Counted from the stretch's first letter, positions 49,125 to 62,500 are shown. The stretch is 64,000 nucleotides of DNA from Eledone cirrhosa (GCA_964016885.1 OZ024744.1:130200001-130264000); one strand, 5' to 3'. Notes: generated by a model not told the origin, from the letters alone. Numbers and translations are program-made.

Positions 49125-49307
49125 AACCCAACTTAACTTAACCCCAACTTCACTCAACCCCAACGTAACTCAACCCTAACTTAACTTAACCCCAACTTCA
49201 CTCAACCCCAAATTAACTTAACCCCAACTTCACTCAACCCCAACTTAAGTCAACCCCAACTTAACTTAACCCCAACTTGACTTAACCCCAACTTAACTTA
49301 AGCCCAA
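49125..49307 (-). repeat. Inverted satellite island 2 (subtype B, 183 bp)
   Basis: C-rich orientation; lacks the ttagcccc monomer; followed by agtcggag. Confidence 0.97.
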
Positions 49308-50868
49308 AGTCGGAGTTAAGTTAAGTTGGCGTTAAGTTAAGTTAGGCTTAACTTAAGTTGGGGGTAAGTTAAGTTGGGGGTAAGTTAAGTTGGGGTTAAG
49401 TTAAGTTGCGGTTAAGTTGGGGTTAAGTTAAGTTAGGGTTAAGTTAAGTTGGCGTTGAGTTAAGTTGGGGTTAATTAAGTGGTGGTTATGTTAAGTTGGG
49501 GTTAATTTAAATTGGGGTGAAGTTAACTTTGTGGTTAAGTTAAGTTGGGGTTAAGTTAAGTTGGGGTTAAGTTGGGGTTGAGTTAAGTTGGGGTTGAGTG
49601 AAGTTGGGGTTAAGTTAAGTTGGGGTAAAGTTAAGTTGGGGTTAAGTTAAGTCGGGGTTAAGTTAAGTTGCGGTTGAGTTAAGTTGGGGTTAATTTAAGT
49701 TGGGGCTAAGTTAATTTGTGGTTAAGTTAAGTTGGGGTTAAGTTAAGTTGGGGTTAAGTTAAGTTGGGGTTAAGTTAAGTTGCAGTTAAGTTAAGTTGAG
49801 GTTAAGTTAAGTTGGGGTTAAGTTAAGTTGGGGTTAAGTTAAGTTGGGGCTAAGTTAAGTTGGGGCTAAGTTAAGTTGGGGCTAAGTTAAGTTGGGGTTA
49901 AGTTAAGTTGGGGTTAAGTTAAGTTGGGGTTAAGTTAAGTTGGGGTTAAGTTAAGTTGGGGTTAAGTTAAGTTGGTGTTAAGTTAAGTTGGGGCTAAGTT
50001 AAGTTGGGGCTGAGTTAAGTTGGGGCTGAGTTAAGTTGGGGTTAAGTTAAGTTGGGGTTGAGTTAAGTTGGGGTTAAGTTAAGTTGGGGTCAAGTTAAGT
50101 TGGGGTTAAGTTGGGGTTAAGTTAAGTTAGGTTTAAGTTAAGTTGGGGTTAAGTTAAGTTGGGGTTAAGTTAAGTTGGGGTTAAGTTAAGTTGGGGTTAA
50201 GTTAATTTGTGGTTAAGTTAAGTTGGGGTTAAGTTAAGTTGGGGTTAAGTTAAGTCGGGGTTAAGTTAAGTTGGGGTTAAGTTAAGTTGGGGTTAATTTA
50301 AGTTGGGGTTAAGTTAAGTTGGGGTTAAGTTAAGTTGGGGATAATTTAAGTTGGGGTTAAGTTAAGTTTGGGTTTAAGTTAAGTTGGGGTTAAGTTAAGT
50401 TGGGGTTAAGTTAAGTTGGGGTTAAGTTAAGTTGGTTAGTTAAGTTGAGTTTAAGTTAAGTTGGGGTTAATTTAAGTTGGGGTTAAGTTAAGCTGGGGTT
50501 AAGTTAAGTTGGGGTTAAGTTAAGTTGGGGTTAATTTAAGTTGGGGTTAAGTTAAGTTGCGGGTAATTTAAGTTGGGGTTAAGTTAAGTTGGGGTTAAGT
50601 TAAGTTGGGGTTAAGTTAAGTTGGGGTTAAGTTAAGTTGGGGTTAATTTAAGTTGGGGCTGAGTTAAGTTGGGGTTAAGTTAAGTTGGGGTTAAGTTAAG
50701 TTGGGGTTAAGTTAAGTTGGGGTTAAGTTAAGTTGGGGTTTATTTAAGTTGGGGTTAAGTTAAGTTGGGGTTCAGTTAAGTTGGGGTTCAGTTAAGTTGG
50801 GGTTAAGTTAAGTTGGGGTTAAGTTAAGTTGGGGTTAAGTTAAGTTGGGGTTAAGTTAAGTTGGGGTT

Positions 50869-51043
50869 AACCCCAACTTAACTTAACCCCAACTTCACTC
50901 AACCCCAACGTAACTCAACCCCAACTTAACTTAAACCCAACTTCACTCAACCCCAACTTAACTTAACCCCAACTTCACTCAACCCCAACTTCCAACTTGA
51001 CTTAACCCCAACTTAACTTAGCCCCAACTTAACTTAAGCCCAA
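50869..51043 (-). repeat. Inverted satellite island 3 (subtype C, 175 bp)
   Basis: C-rich orientation with internal deletion junction ccccaacttccaacttgac. Confidence 0.97.
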
Positions 51044-51810
51044 AGTCGGGGTTAAGTTAAGTTGGCGTTAAGTTAAGTTGGCGTTAAGTTAAGTTAGGCT
51101 TAACTTAAGTTGGGGTTCAGTTAAGTTGGGGGTAAGTTAAGTTGGGGTTAAGTTAAGTTAGGGTTAAGTTAAGTTGGGGTTGAGTTAAGTTGGGGTTAAT
51201 TAAGTGGTGGTTATGTTAAGTTGGGGTTAAGTTAAGTTGCGGTTAAGTTGGGGTTAAGTTAAGTTAGGGTTAAGTTAAGTTGGCGTTGAGTTAAGTTGGG
51301 GTTAATTAAGTGGTGGTTATGTTAAGTTGGGGTTAATTTAAATTGGGGTGAAGTTAACTTTGTGGTTAAGTTAAGTTGGGGTTAAGTTAAGTTGGGGTTA
51401 AGTTGGGGTTGAGTTAAGTTGGGGTTGAGTGAAGTTGGGGTTAAGTTAAGTTGGGGTAAAGTTAAGTTGGGGTTAAGTTAAGTCGGGGTTAAGTTAAGTT
51501 GTGGTTGAGTTAAGTTGGGGTTAATTTAAGTTGGGGCTAAGTTAATTTGTGGTTAAGTTAAGTTGGGGTTAAGTTAAGTTGGGGTTAAGTTAAGTTGGGG
51601 TTAAGTTAAGTTGCAGTTAAGTTAAGTTGAGGTTAAGTTAAGTTGGGGTTAAGTTAAGTTGGGGCTAAGTTAAGTTGGGGCTAAGTTAAGTTGGGGCTAA
51701 GTTAAGTTGGGGTTAAGTTAAGTTGGGGTTAAGTTAACTTGGGGTTAAGTTAAGTTGGGGTTAAGTTAAGTTGGGGTTAAGTTAAGTTGGGGTTAAGTTA
51801 AGTTGGGGTT

Positions 51811-51985
51811 AACCCCAACTTAACTTAACCCCAACTTCACTCAACCCCAACGTAACTCAACCCCAACTTAACTTAAACCCAACTTCACTCAACCCCAACT
51901 TAACTTAACCCCAACTTCACTCAACCCCAACTTCCAACTTGACTTAACCCCAACTTAACTTAGCCCCAACTTAACTTAAGCCCAA
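51811..51985 (-). repeat. Inverted satellite island 4 (subtype C, 175 bp)
   Basis: Appears identical to island 3. Confidence 0.97.
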
Positions 51986-52729
51986 AGTCGGGGTTAAGTT
52001 AAGTTGGCGTTAAGTTAAGTTGGCGTTAAGTTAAGTTAGGCTTAACTTAAGTTGGGGTTCAGTTAAGTTGGGGGTAAGTTAAGTTGGGGTTAAGTTAAGT
52101 TAGGGTTAAGTTAAGTTGGGGTTGAGTTAAGTTGGGGTTAATTAAGTGGTGGTTATGTTAAGTTGGGGTTAAGTTAAGTTGCGGTTAAGTTGGGGTTAAG
52201 TTAAGTTAGGGTTAAGTTAAGTTGGCGTTGAGTTAAGTTGGGGTTAATTAAGTGGTGGTTATGTTAAGTTGGGGTTAATTTAAATTGGGGTGAAGTTAAC
52301 TTTGTGGTTAAGTTAAGTTGGGGTTAAGTTAAGTTGGGGTTAAGTTGGGGTTGAGTTAAGTTGGGGTTGAGTGAAGTTGGGGTTAAGTTAAGTTGGGGTA
52401 AAGTTAAGTTGGGGTTAAGTTAAGTCGGGGTTAAGTTAAGTTGTGGTTGAGTTAAGTTGGGGTTAATTTAAGTTGGGGCTAAGTTAATTTGTGGTTAAGT
52501 TAAGTTGGGGTTAAGTTAAGTTGGGGTTAAGTTAAGTTGGGGTTAAGTTAAGTTGCAGTTAAGTTAAGTTGAGGTTAAGTTAAGTTGGGGTTAAGTTAAG
52601 TTGGGGCTAAGTTAAGTTGGGGCTAAGTTAAGTTGGGGCTAAGTTAAGTTGGGGTTAAGTTAAGTTGGGGTTAAGTTAACTTGGGGTTAAGTTAAGTTGG
52701 GGTTAAGTTAAGTTGGGGTTAAGTTAAGT

Positions 52730-54890
52730 TGGTGTTAAGTTAAGTTGGGGCTAAGTTAAGTTGGGGCTGAGTTAAGTTGGGGCTGAGTTAAGTTGAGGTT
52801 AAGTTAAGTTGGGGTTGAGTTAAGTTGGGGTTAAGTTAAGTTGGGGTCAAGTTAAGTTGGGGTTAAGTTGGGGTTAAGTTAAGTTAGGTTTAAGTTAAGT
52901 TGGGGTTAAGTTAAGTTGGGGTTAAGTTAATTTGTGGTTAAGTTAAGTTGGGGTTAAGTTAAGTTGGGGTTAAGTTAAGTCGGGGTTAAGTTAAGTTGGG
53001 GTTAAGTTAAGTTGGGGTTAATTTAAGTTGGGGTTAAGTTAAGTTGGGGTTAAGTTAAGTTGGGGATAATTTAAGTTGGGGTTAAGTTAAGTTTGGGTTT
53101 AAGTTAAGTTGGGGTTAAGTTAAGTTGGGGTTAAGTTAAGTTGGGGTTAAGTTAAGTTGGTTAGTTAAGTTGAGTTTAAGTTAAGTTGGGGTTAATTTAA
53201 GTTGGGGTTAAGTTAAGCTGGGGTTAAGTTAAGTTGGGGTTAAGTTAAGTTGGGGTTAATTTAAGTTGGGGTTAAGTTAAGTTGCGGGTAATTTAAGTTG
53301 GGGTTAAGTTAAGTTGGGGTTAAGTTAAGTTGGGGTTAAGTTAAGTTGGGGTTAAGTTAAGTTGGGGTTAATTTAAGTTGGGGCTGAGTTAAGTTGGGGT
53401 TAAGTTAAGTTGGGGTTAAGTTAAGTTGGGGTTAAGTTAAGTTGGGGTTAAGTTAAGTTGGGGTTTATTTAAGTTGGGGTTAAGTTAAGTTGGGGTTCAG
53501 TTAAGTTGGGGTTCAGTTAAGTTGGGGTTAAGTTAAGTTGGGGTTAAGATGGGGTTAAATTACGTTGGAGTTAAGTTAAGTTGGGGTTAAGTTAAGTTGG
53601 GGTTAAGTTAAGTTGGGGTTAAGTTAAGTCGGGGTTAATTTAAGTCGGGGTTAAGTTAAGTTAGGGTTCAGTTAAGTTGGGGTTAAGTTAAGTTGGGCTT
53701 GAGTTAAGTTGGGGTTGAGTTAAATTGGGGTTGAGTTAAGTTGGGGTTGAGTTAAGTTGGTGTTGAGTTAAGTTGGGGTTAAGTTAAGTTGGGGTTAAGT
53801 TAAGTTGCAGTTAAGTTAAGTTGAGGTTAAGTTAAGGTGCGGTTAAGTTAAGTTGGGCTTAAGTTAAGTTGGGGCTAAGTTAAGTTGGGGCTAAGTTAAG
53901 TTGGGGCTAAGTTAAGTTGGGGTTAAGTTAAGTTGGGGTTAAGTTAAGTCGGGGTTAAGTTAAGTTGGGGTTAAGTTAAGTTGGGGTTAAGTTAAGTTGG
54001 GGTTAAGTTAAGTTGGTTAGTTAAGTTGAGTTTAAGTTAAGTTGGGGTTAATTTAAGTTGGGGTTAAGTTAAGTTGGGGTTAAGTTAAGTTGGGGTTAAG
54101 TTAAGTTGGGGTTAACCCCAACTTAACTTAACCCCAACTTCACTCAACCCCAACGTAACTCAACCCCAACTTAACTTAACCCCAACTTCACTCAACCCCA
54201 ACTTAACTTAACCCCAACTTCACTCAACCCCAACTTCCAACTTGACTTAACCCCAACTTAACTTAGCCCCAACTTAACTTAAGCCCAAAGTCGGGGTTAA
54301 GTTAAGTTGGCGTTAAGTTAAGTTGGCGTTAAGTTAAGTTAGGCTTAACTTAAGTTGGGGTTCAGTTAAGTTGGGGGTAAGTTAAGTTGGGGTTAAGTTA
54401 AGTTAGGGTTAAGTTAAGTTGGGGTTGAGTTAAGTTGGGGTTAATTAAGTGGTGGTTATGTTCAGTTGGGGTTAAGTTAAGTTGGGGTTAATTTAAATTG
54501 GGGTTAAGTTAACTTTGTGGTTAAGTTAAGTTGGGGTTAAGTTAAGTTGGGGTAAAGTTGGGGTTGAGTTAAGTTGGGGTTGAGTGAAGTTGGGGTTAAG
54601 TTAAGTTGGGGTTAAGTTAAGTTGGGGTTAAGATAAGTCGGGGTTAAGTTAAGTTGTGGTTGAGTTAAGTTGGGGTTAATTTAAGTTGGGGCTAAGTTAA
54701 TTTGTGGTTAAGTTAAGTTGGGGTTAAGTTAAGTTGGGGTTAAGTTAAGTTGGGGTTGAGTTAAGTTGGGGCTAAGTTAATTTGGGGTTAAGTTAAGTTG
54801 GGGTTAAGTTAAGTTGGGTTTAAGTTAAGTTGGGGTTAAATTAAGTTGGGGTTAAATTAAGTTGGGGTTAAGTTAAGTTGGGGGTAAGTT
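52730..54890 (+). repeat. About 2.2 kb block with island 5, duplicated at about 57985-60160 (offset about 5270-5300)
   Basis: tacgttggag 53563/58849; island starts 54114/59384; agataagtcgg 54631/59901. Confidence 0.82.
54114..54288 (-). repeat. Inverted satellite island 5 (subtype C, 175 bp)
   Basis: C-rich orientation, aacttccaacttgac junction, same ends as the other islands. Confidence 0.97.
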
Positions 54891-55897
54891 AAGTTGGGGC
54901 TGAGTTAAGTTGGGGTTAAGTTAAGTTGAGGTTAAGTTAAGTTGGGGTTAAATTAAGTTGGGGTTAAGTTAAGTTGGGGTTAAGTTAAGTTGGGGATAAG
55001 TTAAGTTGGGGATAATTTAAGTTGGGGTTAAGTTAAGTTGGGGTTAAGTTAAGTTGGGGTTAAGTTAAGTTGGGGATAAGTTAAGTTGGGGTTAAGTTAA
55101 GTTGGGGTTAAGTTAAGTTGGGGTTAAGTTAAGTTGGGGCTAAGTTAAGTTGGGGCTGAGTTAAGTTGGGGTTAAGTTAAGTTGGGGGTTAAGTTAAGTT
55201 GGGGTTAATTTAAGTTGGGGTTTATTTAAGTTGGGGTTAAGTTAAGTTGGGGTTCAGTTAAGTTGGGGTTAAGTTAAGTTGGGGTTAAGATGGGGTTAAA
55301 TTAAGTTGGGGTTAAGTTAAGTTGGGGTTAAGTTAAGTTGGGGTTAAGTTAAGTTGGGGTTAAGTTAAGTCGGGGTTAAGTTAAGTCGGGGTTAAGTTAA
55401 GTTAGGGTTCAGTTAAGTTGGGGTTAAGTTAAGTTGGGGTTGAGTTAAGTTGGGGTTGAGTCAAATTGGGGTTGAGTTAAGTTGGGGTTGAGTTAAGTTG
55501 GTGTTGAGTTAAGTTGGGGTTAAGTTAAGTTGGGGTTAAGTTAAGTTGCAGTTAAGTTAAGTTGAGGTTAAGTTAAGGTGCGGTTAAGTTAAGTTGGGGT
55601 TAAGTTAAGTTGGGGCTAAGTTAAGTTGGGGCTAAGTTAAGTTGGGGTTAAGTTACGTTGGGGTTAAGTTAAGTCGGGGTTAAGTTAAGTTGGGGTTAAG
55701 TTAAGTTGGGGTTAATTTAAGTTGGGGTTAAGTTAAGTTGGGGTTAAGTTAAGTTGGGGTTAAGTTGGGTTTAAGTTAAGTTGGGGTTAAGTTAAGTTGG
55801 TTAGTTAAGTTGAGTTTAAGTTAAGTTGGGGTTAATTTAAGTTGGGGTTAAGTTAAGTTGGGGTTAAGTTAAGTTGGGGTTAAGTTAAGTTGGGGTT

Positions 55898-56113
55898 AAC
55901 CCCAACTTAACTTAACCCCAACTTAACTTAACCCCAACTTCACTCAACCCCAACGTAACTCAACCCCAATTTAACTTAACCCCAACTTCAATCAACCCCA
56001 ACTTAACTTAACCCCAACTTCACTCAATCCCAACTTAAGTCAACCCCAACTTAACTTAACCCCAACTTGACTTAACCCCAACTTAACTTAGCCCCAACTT
56101 AACTTAAGCCCAA
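55898..56113 (-). repeat. Inverted satellite island 6 (subtype A, 216 bp)
   Basis: Shares ccccaattt and ctcaatccc variants with island 1. Confidence 0.97.
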
Positions 56114-57385
56114 AGTCGGGGTTAAGTTAAGTTGGCGTTAAGTTAAGTTAGGCTTAACTTAAGTTGGGGGTAAGTTAAGTTGGGGGTAAGTTAAGTTGGG
56201 GTTAAGTTAAGTTGCGGTTAAGTTGGGGTTAAGTTAAGTTAGGGTTAAGTTAAGTTGGCGTTGAGTTAAGTTGGGGTTAATTAAGTGGTGGTTATGTTAA
56301 GTTGGGGTTAATTTAAATTGGGGTGAAGTTAACTTTGTGGTTAAGTTAAGTTGGGGTTAAGTTAAGTTGGGGTTAAGTTGGGGTTGAGTTAAGTTGGGGT
56401 TGAGTGAAGTTGGGGTTAAGTTAAGTTGGGGTAAATTTAAGTTGGGGTTAAGTTAAGTCGGGGTTAAGTTAAGTTGTGGTTGAGTTAAGTTGGGGTTAAT
56501 TTAAGTTGGGGCTAAGTTAATTTGTGGTTAAGTTAAGTTGGGGTTAAGTTAAGTTGGGGTTAAGTTAAGTTGGGGTTAAGTTAAGTTGCAGTTAAGTTAA
56601 GTTGAGGTTAAGTCAAGTTGGGGTTAAGTTAAGTTGGGGTTAAGTTAACTTGGGGTTCAGTTAAGTTGGGGCTAAGTTAAGTTGGGGTTAAGATGGGGTT
56701 AAATTAAGTTGGGGTTAAGTTAAGTTGGGGTTAAGTTAAGTTGGGGTTAAGTTAAGTTGGGGTTAAGTTAAGTCGGGGTTAAGTTAAGTCGGGGTTAAGT
56801 TAAGTTAGGGTTCAGTTAAGTTGGGGTTAAGTTAAGTTGGGGTTGAGTTAAGTTGGGGTTGAGTTAAATTGGGGTTGAGTTAAGTTGGGGTTGAGTTAAG
56901 TTGGTGTTGAGTTAAGTTGGGGTTAAGTTAAGTTGGGGTTAAGTTAAGTTGCAGTTAAGTTAAGTTGAGGTTAAGTTAAGGTGCGGTTAAGTTAAGTTGG
57001 GGTTAAGTTAAGTTGGGGCTAAGTTAAGTTGGGGCTAAGTTAAGTTGGGGCTAAGTTAAGTTGGGGTTAAGTTACGTTGGGGTTAAGTTAAGTCGGGGCT
57101 AAGTTAAGTTGGGGTTAAGTTAAGTTGGGGTTAATTTAAGTTGGGGTTGAGTTAAGTTGGGGTTAAGTTTAGTTGGGGTTAAGTTAAGTTGGGGTTAAGT
57201 TAAGTTGGGTTTAAGTTAAGTTGGGGTTAAGTTAAGTTGGGGTCAAGTTAAGTTGGGGTTAAGTTAAGTTGGTTAGTGAAGTTGAGTTTAAGTTAAGTTG
57301 GGGTTAATTTAAGTTGGGGTTAAGTTAAGTTGGGGTTAAGTTAATTTGGGGTTAAGTTAAGTTGGGGTTAAGTTAAGTTGGGGTT

Positions 57386-57569
57386 AACCCCAACTTAACT
57401 TAACCCTAACTTCACTCAACCCCAACGTAACTCAACCCCAACTTAACTTAACCCCAACTTCACTCAACCCCAACTTAACTTAACCCCAACTTCACTCAAC
57501 CCCAACTTAAGTCAACCCCAACTTAACTTAACCCCAACTTGACTTAACCCCAACTTAACTTAAGCCCAA
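57386..57569 (-). repeat. Inverted satellite island 7 (subtype B, 184 bp)
   Basis: Same layout as island 2; followed by agtcggag. Confidence 0.97.
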
Positions 57570-59383
57570 AGTCGGAGTTAAGTTAAGTTGGCGTTAAGTT
57601 AAGTTAGGCTTAACTTAAGTTGGGGGTAAGTTAAGTTGGGGGTAAGTTAAGTTGGGGTTAAGTTAAGTTGCGGTTAAGTTGGGGTTAAGTTAAGTTAGGG
57701 TTAAGTTAAGTTGGCGTTGAGTTAAGTTGGGGTTAATTAAGTGGTGGTTATGTTAAGTTGGGGTTAATTTAAATTGGGGTGAAGTTAACTTTGTGGTTAA
57801 GTTAAGTTGCAGTTAAGTTAAGTTGAGGTTAAGTTAAGTTGGGGTTAAGTTAAGTTGGGGTTAAGTTAAGTTGGGGCTAAGTTAAGTTGGGGCTAAGTTA
57901 AGTTGGGGCTAAGTTAAGTTGGGGTTAAGTTAAGTTGGGGTTAAGTTAAGTTGGGGTTAAGTTAAGTTGGGGTTAAGTTAAGTTGGTGTTAAGTTAAGTT
58001 GGGGCTAAGTTAAGTTGGGGCTGAGTTAAGTTGGGGCTGAGTTAAGTTGGGATTAAGTTAAGTTGGGGTTGAGTTAAGTTGGGGTTAAGTTAAGTTGGGG
58101 TCAAGTTAAGTTGGGGTTAAGTTGGGGTTAAGTTAAGTTAGGTTTAAGTTAAGTTGGGGTTAAGTTAAGTTGGGGTTAAGTTAAGTTGGGGTTAAGTTAA
58201 GTTGGGGTTAAGTTAAGTTGGGGTTAAGTTAATTTGTGGTTAAGTTAAGTTGGGGTTAAGTTAAGTTGGGGTTAAGTTAAGTCGGGGTTAAGTTAAGTTG
58301 GGGTTAAGTTAAGTTGGGGTTAATTTAAGTTGGGGTTAAGTTAAGTTGGGGTTAAGTTAAGTTGGGGATAATTTAAGTTGGGGTTAAGTTAAGTTTGGGT
58401 TTAAGTTAAGTTGGGGTTAAGTTAAGTTGGGGTTAAGTTAAGTTGGGGTTAAGTTAAGTTGGTTAGTTAAGTTGAGTTTAAGTTAAGTTGGGGTTAATTT
58501 AAGTTGGGGTTAAGTTAAGCTGGGGTTAAGTTAAGTTGGGGTTAAGTTAAGTTGGGGTTAATTTAAGTTGGGGTTAAGTTAAGTTGCGGGTAATTTAAGT
58601 TGGGGTTAAGTTAAGTTGGGGTTAAGTTAAGTTGGGGTTAAGTTAAGTTGGGGTTAAGTTAAGTTGGGGTTAAGTTAAGTTGGGGCTAATTTAAGTTGGG
58701 GCTGAGTTAAGTTGGGGTTAAGTTAAGTTGGGGTTAAGTTAAGTTGGGGTTAAGTTAAGTTGGGGTTTATTTAAGTTGGGGTTAAGTTAAGTTGGAGTTC
58801 AGTTAAGTTGGGGTTCAGTTAAGTTGGGGTTAAGATGGGGTTAAATTACGTTGGAGTTAAGTTAAGTTGGGGTTAAGTTAAGTTGGGGTTAAGTTAAGTT
58901 GGGGTTAAGTTAAGTCGGGGTTAATTTAAGTCGGGGTTAAGTTAAGTTAGGGTTCAGTTAAGTTGGGGTTAAGTTAAGTTGGGCTTGAGTTAAGTTGGGG
59001 TTGAGTTAAATTGGGGTTGAGTTAAGTTGGGGTTGAGTTAAGTTGGTGTTGAGTTAAGTTGGGGTTAAGTTAAGTTGGGGTTAAGTTAAGTTGCAGTTAA
59101 GTTAAGTTGAGGTTAAGTTAAGGTGCGGTTAAGTTAAGTTGGGCTTAAGTTAAGTTGGGGCTAAGTTAAGTTGGGGCTAAGTTAAGTTGGGGCTAAGTTA
59201 AGTTGGGGTTAAGTTAAGTCGGGGTTAAGTTAAGTCGGGGTTAAGTTAAGTTGGGGTTAAGTTAAGTTGGGGTTAAGTTAAGTTGGGGTTAAGTTAAGTT
59301 GGTTAGTTAAGTTGAGTTTAAGTTAAGTTGGGGTTAATTTAAGTTGGGGTTAAGTTAAGTTGGGGTTAAGTTAAGTTGGGGTT

Positions 59384-59558
59384 AACCCCAACTTAACTTA
59401 ACCCCAACTTCACTCAACCCCAACGTAACTCAACCCCAACTTAACTTAACCCCAACTTCACTCAACCCCAACTTAACTTAACCCCAACTTCACTCAACCC
59501 CAACTTCCAACTTGACTTAACCCCAACTTAACTTAGCCCCAACTTAACTTAAGCCCAA
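59384..59558 (-). repeat. Inverted satellite island 8 (subtype C, 175 bp)
   Basis: Same layout as island 5. Confidence 0.97.
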
Positions 59559-62500
59559 AGTCGGGGTTAAGTTAAGTTGGCGTTAAGTTAAGTTGGCGTT
59601 AAGTTAAGTTAGGCTTAACTTAAGTTGGGGTTCAGTTAAGTTGGGGGTAAGTTAAGTTGGGGTTAAGTTAAGTTAGGGTTAAGTTAAGTTGGGGTTGAGT
59701 TAAGTTGGGGTTAATTAAGTGGTGGTTATGTTAAGTTGGGGTTAAGTTAAGTTGGGGTTAATTTAAATTGGGGTTAAGTTAACTTTGTGGTTAAGTTAAG
59801 TTGGGGTTAAGTTAAGTTGGGGTAAAGTTGGGGTTGAGTTAAGTTGGGGTTGAGTGAAGTTGGGGTTAAGTTAAGTTGGGGTTAAGTTAAGTTGGGGTTA
59901 AGATAAGTCGGGGTTAAGTTAAGTTGTGGTTGAGTTAAGTTGGGGTTAATTTAAGTTGGGGCTAAGTTAATTTGTGGTTAAGTTAAGTTGTGGTTAAGTT
60001 AAGTTGGGGTTAAGTTAAGTTGGGGTTGAGTTAAGTTGGGGCTAAGTTAATTTGGGGTTAAGTTAAGTTGGGGTTAAGTTAAGTTGGGTTTAAGTTAAGT
60101 TGGGGTTAAATTAAGTTGGGGTTAAATTAAGTTGGGGTTAAGTTAAGTTGGGGGTAAGTTAAGTTGGGGGCAAGTTAAGTTGGGGTTAATTTAAGTTGGG
60201 GTTAAATTAAGTTGGGGTTACGTTAAGTTGGTGTTAAGTTAAGTTGGGGTTAATTTAAGTTGGGGTTAATTAAGTTGGGGTTAAGTTAAGTTGGGGTTAA
60301 GTTAAGTTGGGGTTAATTTAAGTTGGGGTTGAGTTAAGTTGGGGTTAAGTTAAGTTGGGGTTATATTAAGTTGGGGTTAAGTTAAGTTGGGGTTCAGTTA
60401 AGTTGGGGTTAAGTTAAGTTGGGGTTAAGTTAAGTTGAGGTTAAGTTAAGTTGGGGTTAAGTTAAGTTGGTGTTAAGTTAAGTTGGGGCTAAGTTAAGTT
60501 GGGGCTGAGTTAAGTTGGGGCTGAGTTAAGTTGGGGCTAAGTTAAGTTGGGGTTGAGTTAAGTTGGGGTTAAGTTGGGGTTAAGTTAAGTTAGGTTTAAG
60601 TTAAGTTGGGGTTAAGTTAAGTTGGGGTTAAGTTAAGTTGGGGTTAAGTTAAGTTGGGGTTAAGTTAAGTTGGGGTTAAGTTAAGTTGGGGTTAAGTTAA
60701 TTTGTGGTTAAGTTAAGTTGTGGTTAAGTTAAGTTGGGGTTAAGTTAAGTTGGGGTTAAGTTAAGTCGGGGTTAAGTTAAGTTGGGGTTAAGTTAAGTTG
60801 GGGTTAATTTAAGTTGGGGTTAAGTTAAGTTGGGGTTAAGTTAAGTTGGGGTTAAGTTAAGTCGGGGTTAAGTTAAGTTGGGGTTAAGTTAAGTTGGGGT
60901 TAATTTAAGTTGGGGTTAAGTTAAGTTGGGGTTAAGTTAAGTTGGGGTTAAGTTAAGTTGGGGTTAAGTTAAGTTGGGGATAATTTAAGTTGGGGTTAAG
61001 TTAAGTTTGAGTTTAAGTTAAGTTGGGGTTAAGTTAAGTTGGGGTTAAGTTAAGTTGGGGTTAAGTTAAGTTGGTTAGTTAAGTTGAGTTTAAGTTAAGT
61101 TGGGGTTAATTTAAGTTGGGGTTAAGTTAAGCTGGGGTTAAGTTAAGTTGGGGTTAAGTTAAGTTGGGGTTAATTTAAGTTGGGGTTAAGTTAAGTTGCG
61201 GGTAATTTAAGTTGGGGTTAAGTTAAGTTGGGGTTAAGTTAAGTTGGGGTTAAGTTAAGTTGGGGTTAAGTTAAGTTGGGGTTAAGTTAAGTTGGGGCTA
61301 ATTTAAGTTGGGGCTGAGTTAAGTTGGGGTTAAGTTAAGTTGGGGTTAAGTTAAGTTGGGGTTAAGTTAAGTTGGGGTTTATTTAAGTTGGGGTTAAGTT
61401 AAGTTGGGGTTCAGTTAAGTTGGGGTTCAGTTAAGTTGGGGTTAAGTTAAGTTGGGGTTAAGATGGGGTTAAATTACGTTGGAGTTAAGTTAAGTTGGGA
61501 TTAAGTTAAGTTGGGGTTAAGTTAAGTTGGGGTTAAGTTAAGTCGGGGTTAATTTAAGTCGGGGTTAAGTTAAGTTAGGGTTCAGTTAAGTTGGGGTTAA
61601 GTTAAGTTGGGGTTGAGTTAAGTTGGGTTTGAGTTAAATTGGGGTTGAGTTAAGTTGGGGTTGAGTTAAGTTGGTGTTGAGTTAAGTTGGGGTTAAGTTA
61701 AATTGGGGTTAAGTTAAGTTGCAGTTAAGTTAAGTTGAGGTTAAGTTAAGGTGCGGTTAAGTTAAGTTGGGCTTAAGTTAAGTTGGGGCTAAGTTAAGTT
61801 GGGGCTCAGTTAAGTTGGGGCTAAGTTAAGTTGGGGTTAAGTTAAGTTGGGGTTAATTTAAGTTGGGGTTAAGTTAAGTTGGGGTTAAGTTAAGTTGGGG
61901 TTAAGTTAAGTTGGGTTTAAGTTAAGTTGGGGTTAAGTTATGTTGGGGTTGAGTTAAGTTGGGGCTGAGTTAATTTGGGGTTAAGTTAAGTTGGGGTTAA
62001 GTTAAGTTGGGTTTAAGTTAAGTTGGGGTTAAATTAAGTTGGGGTTAAAATAAGTTGGGGTTAAGTTAAGTTGGGGGTAAGTTAAGTTGGGGGCAAGTTA
62101 AGTTGGGGTTAATTTAAGTTGGGGTTAAATTAAGTTGGGGTTACGTTAAGTTGGTGTTAAGTTAAGTTGGGGTTAATTTAAGTTGGGGTTAATTAAGTTG
62201 GGGTTAAGTTAAGTTGGGGTTAAGTTAAGTTGGGGTTAATTTAAGTTGGGGTTGAGTTAAGTTGGGGTTAAGTTAAGTTGGGGTTATATTAAGTTGGGGT
62301 TAAGTTAAGTTGGGGTTAATTTAAGTTGGGGTTAAGTTAAGTTGGGGTTAAGTTAAGTTGGTGTTAAGTTAAGTTTGGGCTAAGTTAAGTTGGGGTTGAG
62401 TTAAGTTGGGGTTAAGTTGGGGTTAAATTAAGTTAGGTTTAAGTTAAGTTGGGGTTAAGTTAAGTTGGGGTTAAGTTAAGTTGTGGTTAAGTTAAGTTGG

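Larger units (their letters stand above)
46620..49530 (+). repeat. About 2.9 kb block holding inverted islands 1 and 2, duplicated at about 54925-57800 (offset about 8256-8303)
   Basis: Island starts 47642/55898 and 49125/57386; gtcaag 48353/56614; gtcggggct 48831/57092. Confidence 0.87.
50830..52720 (+). repeat. Tandem duplication, period 942 bp, carrying islands 3 and 4
   Basis: Island starts 50869/51811. Both carry the private variant ttaaaccc and a doubled gtggtggttatg tract downstream. Confidence 0.9.
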
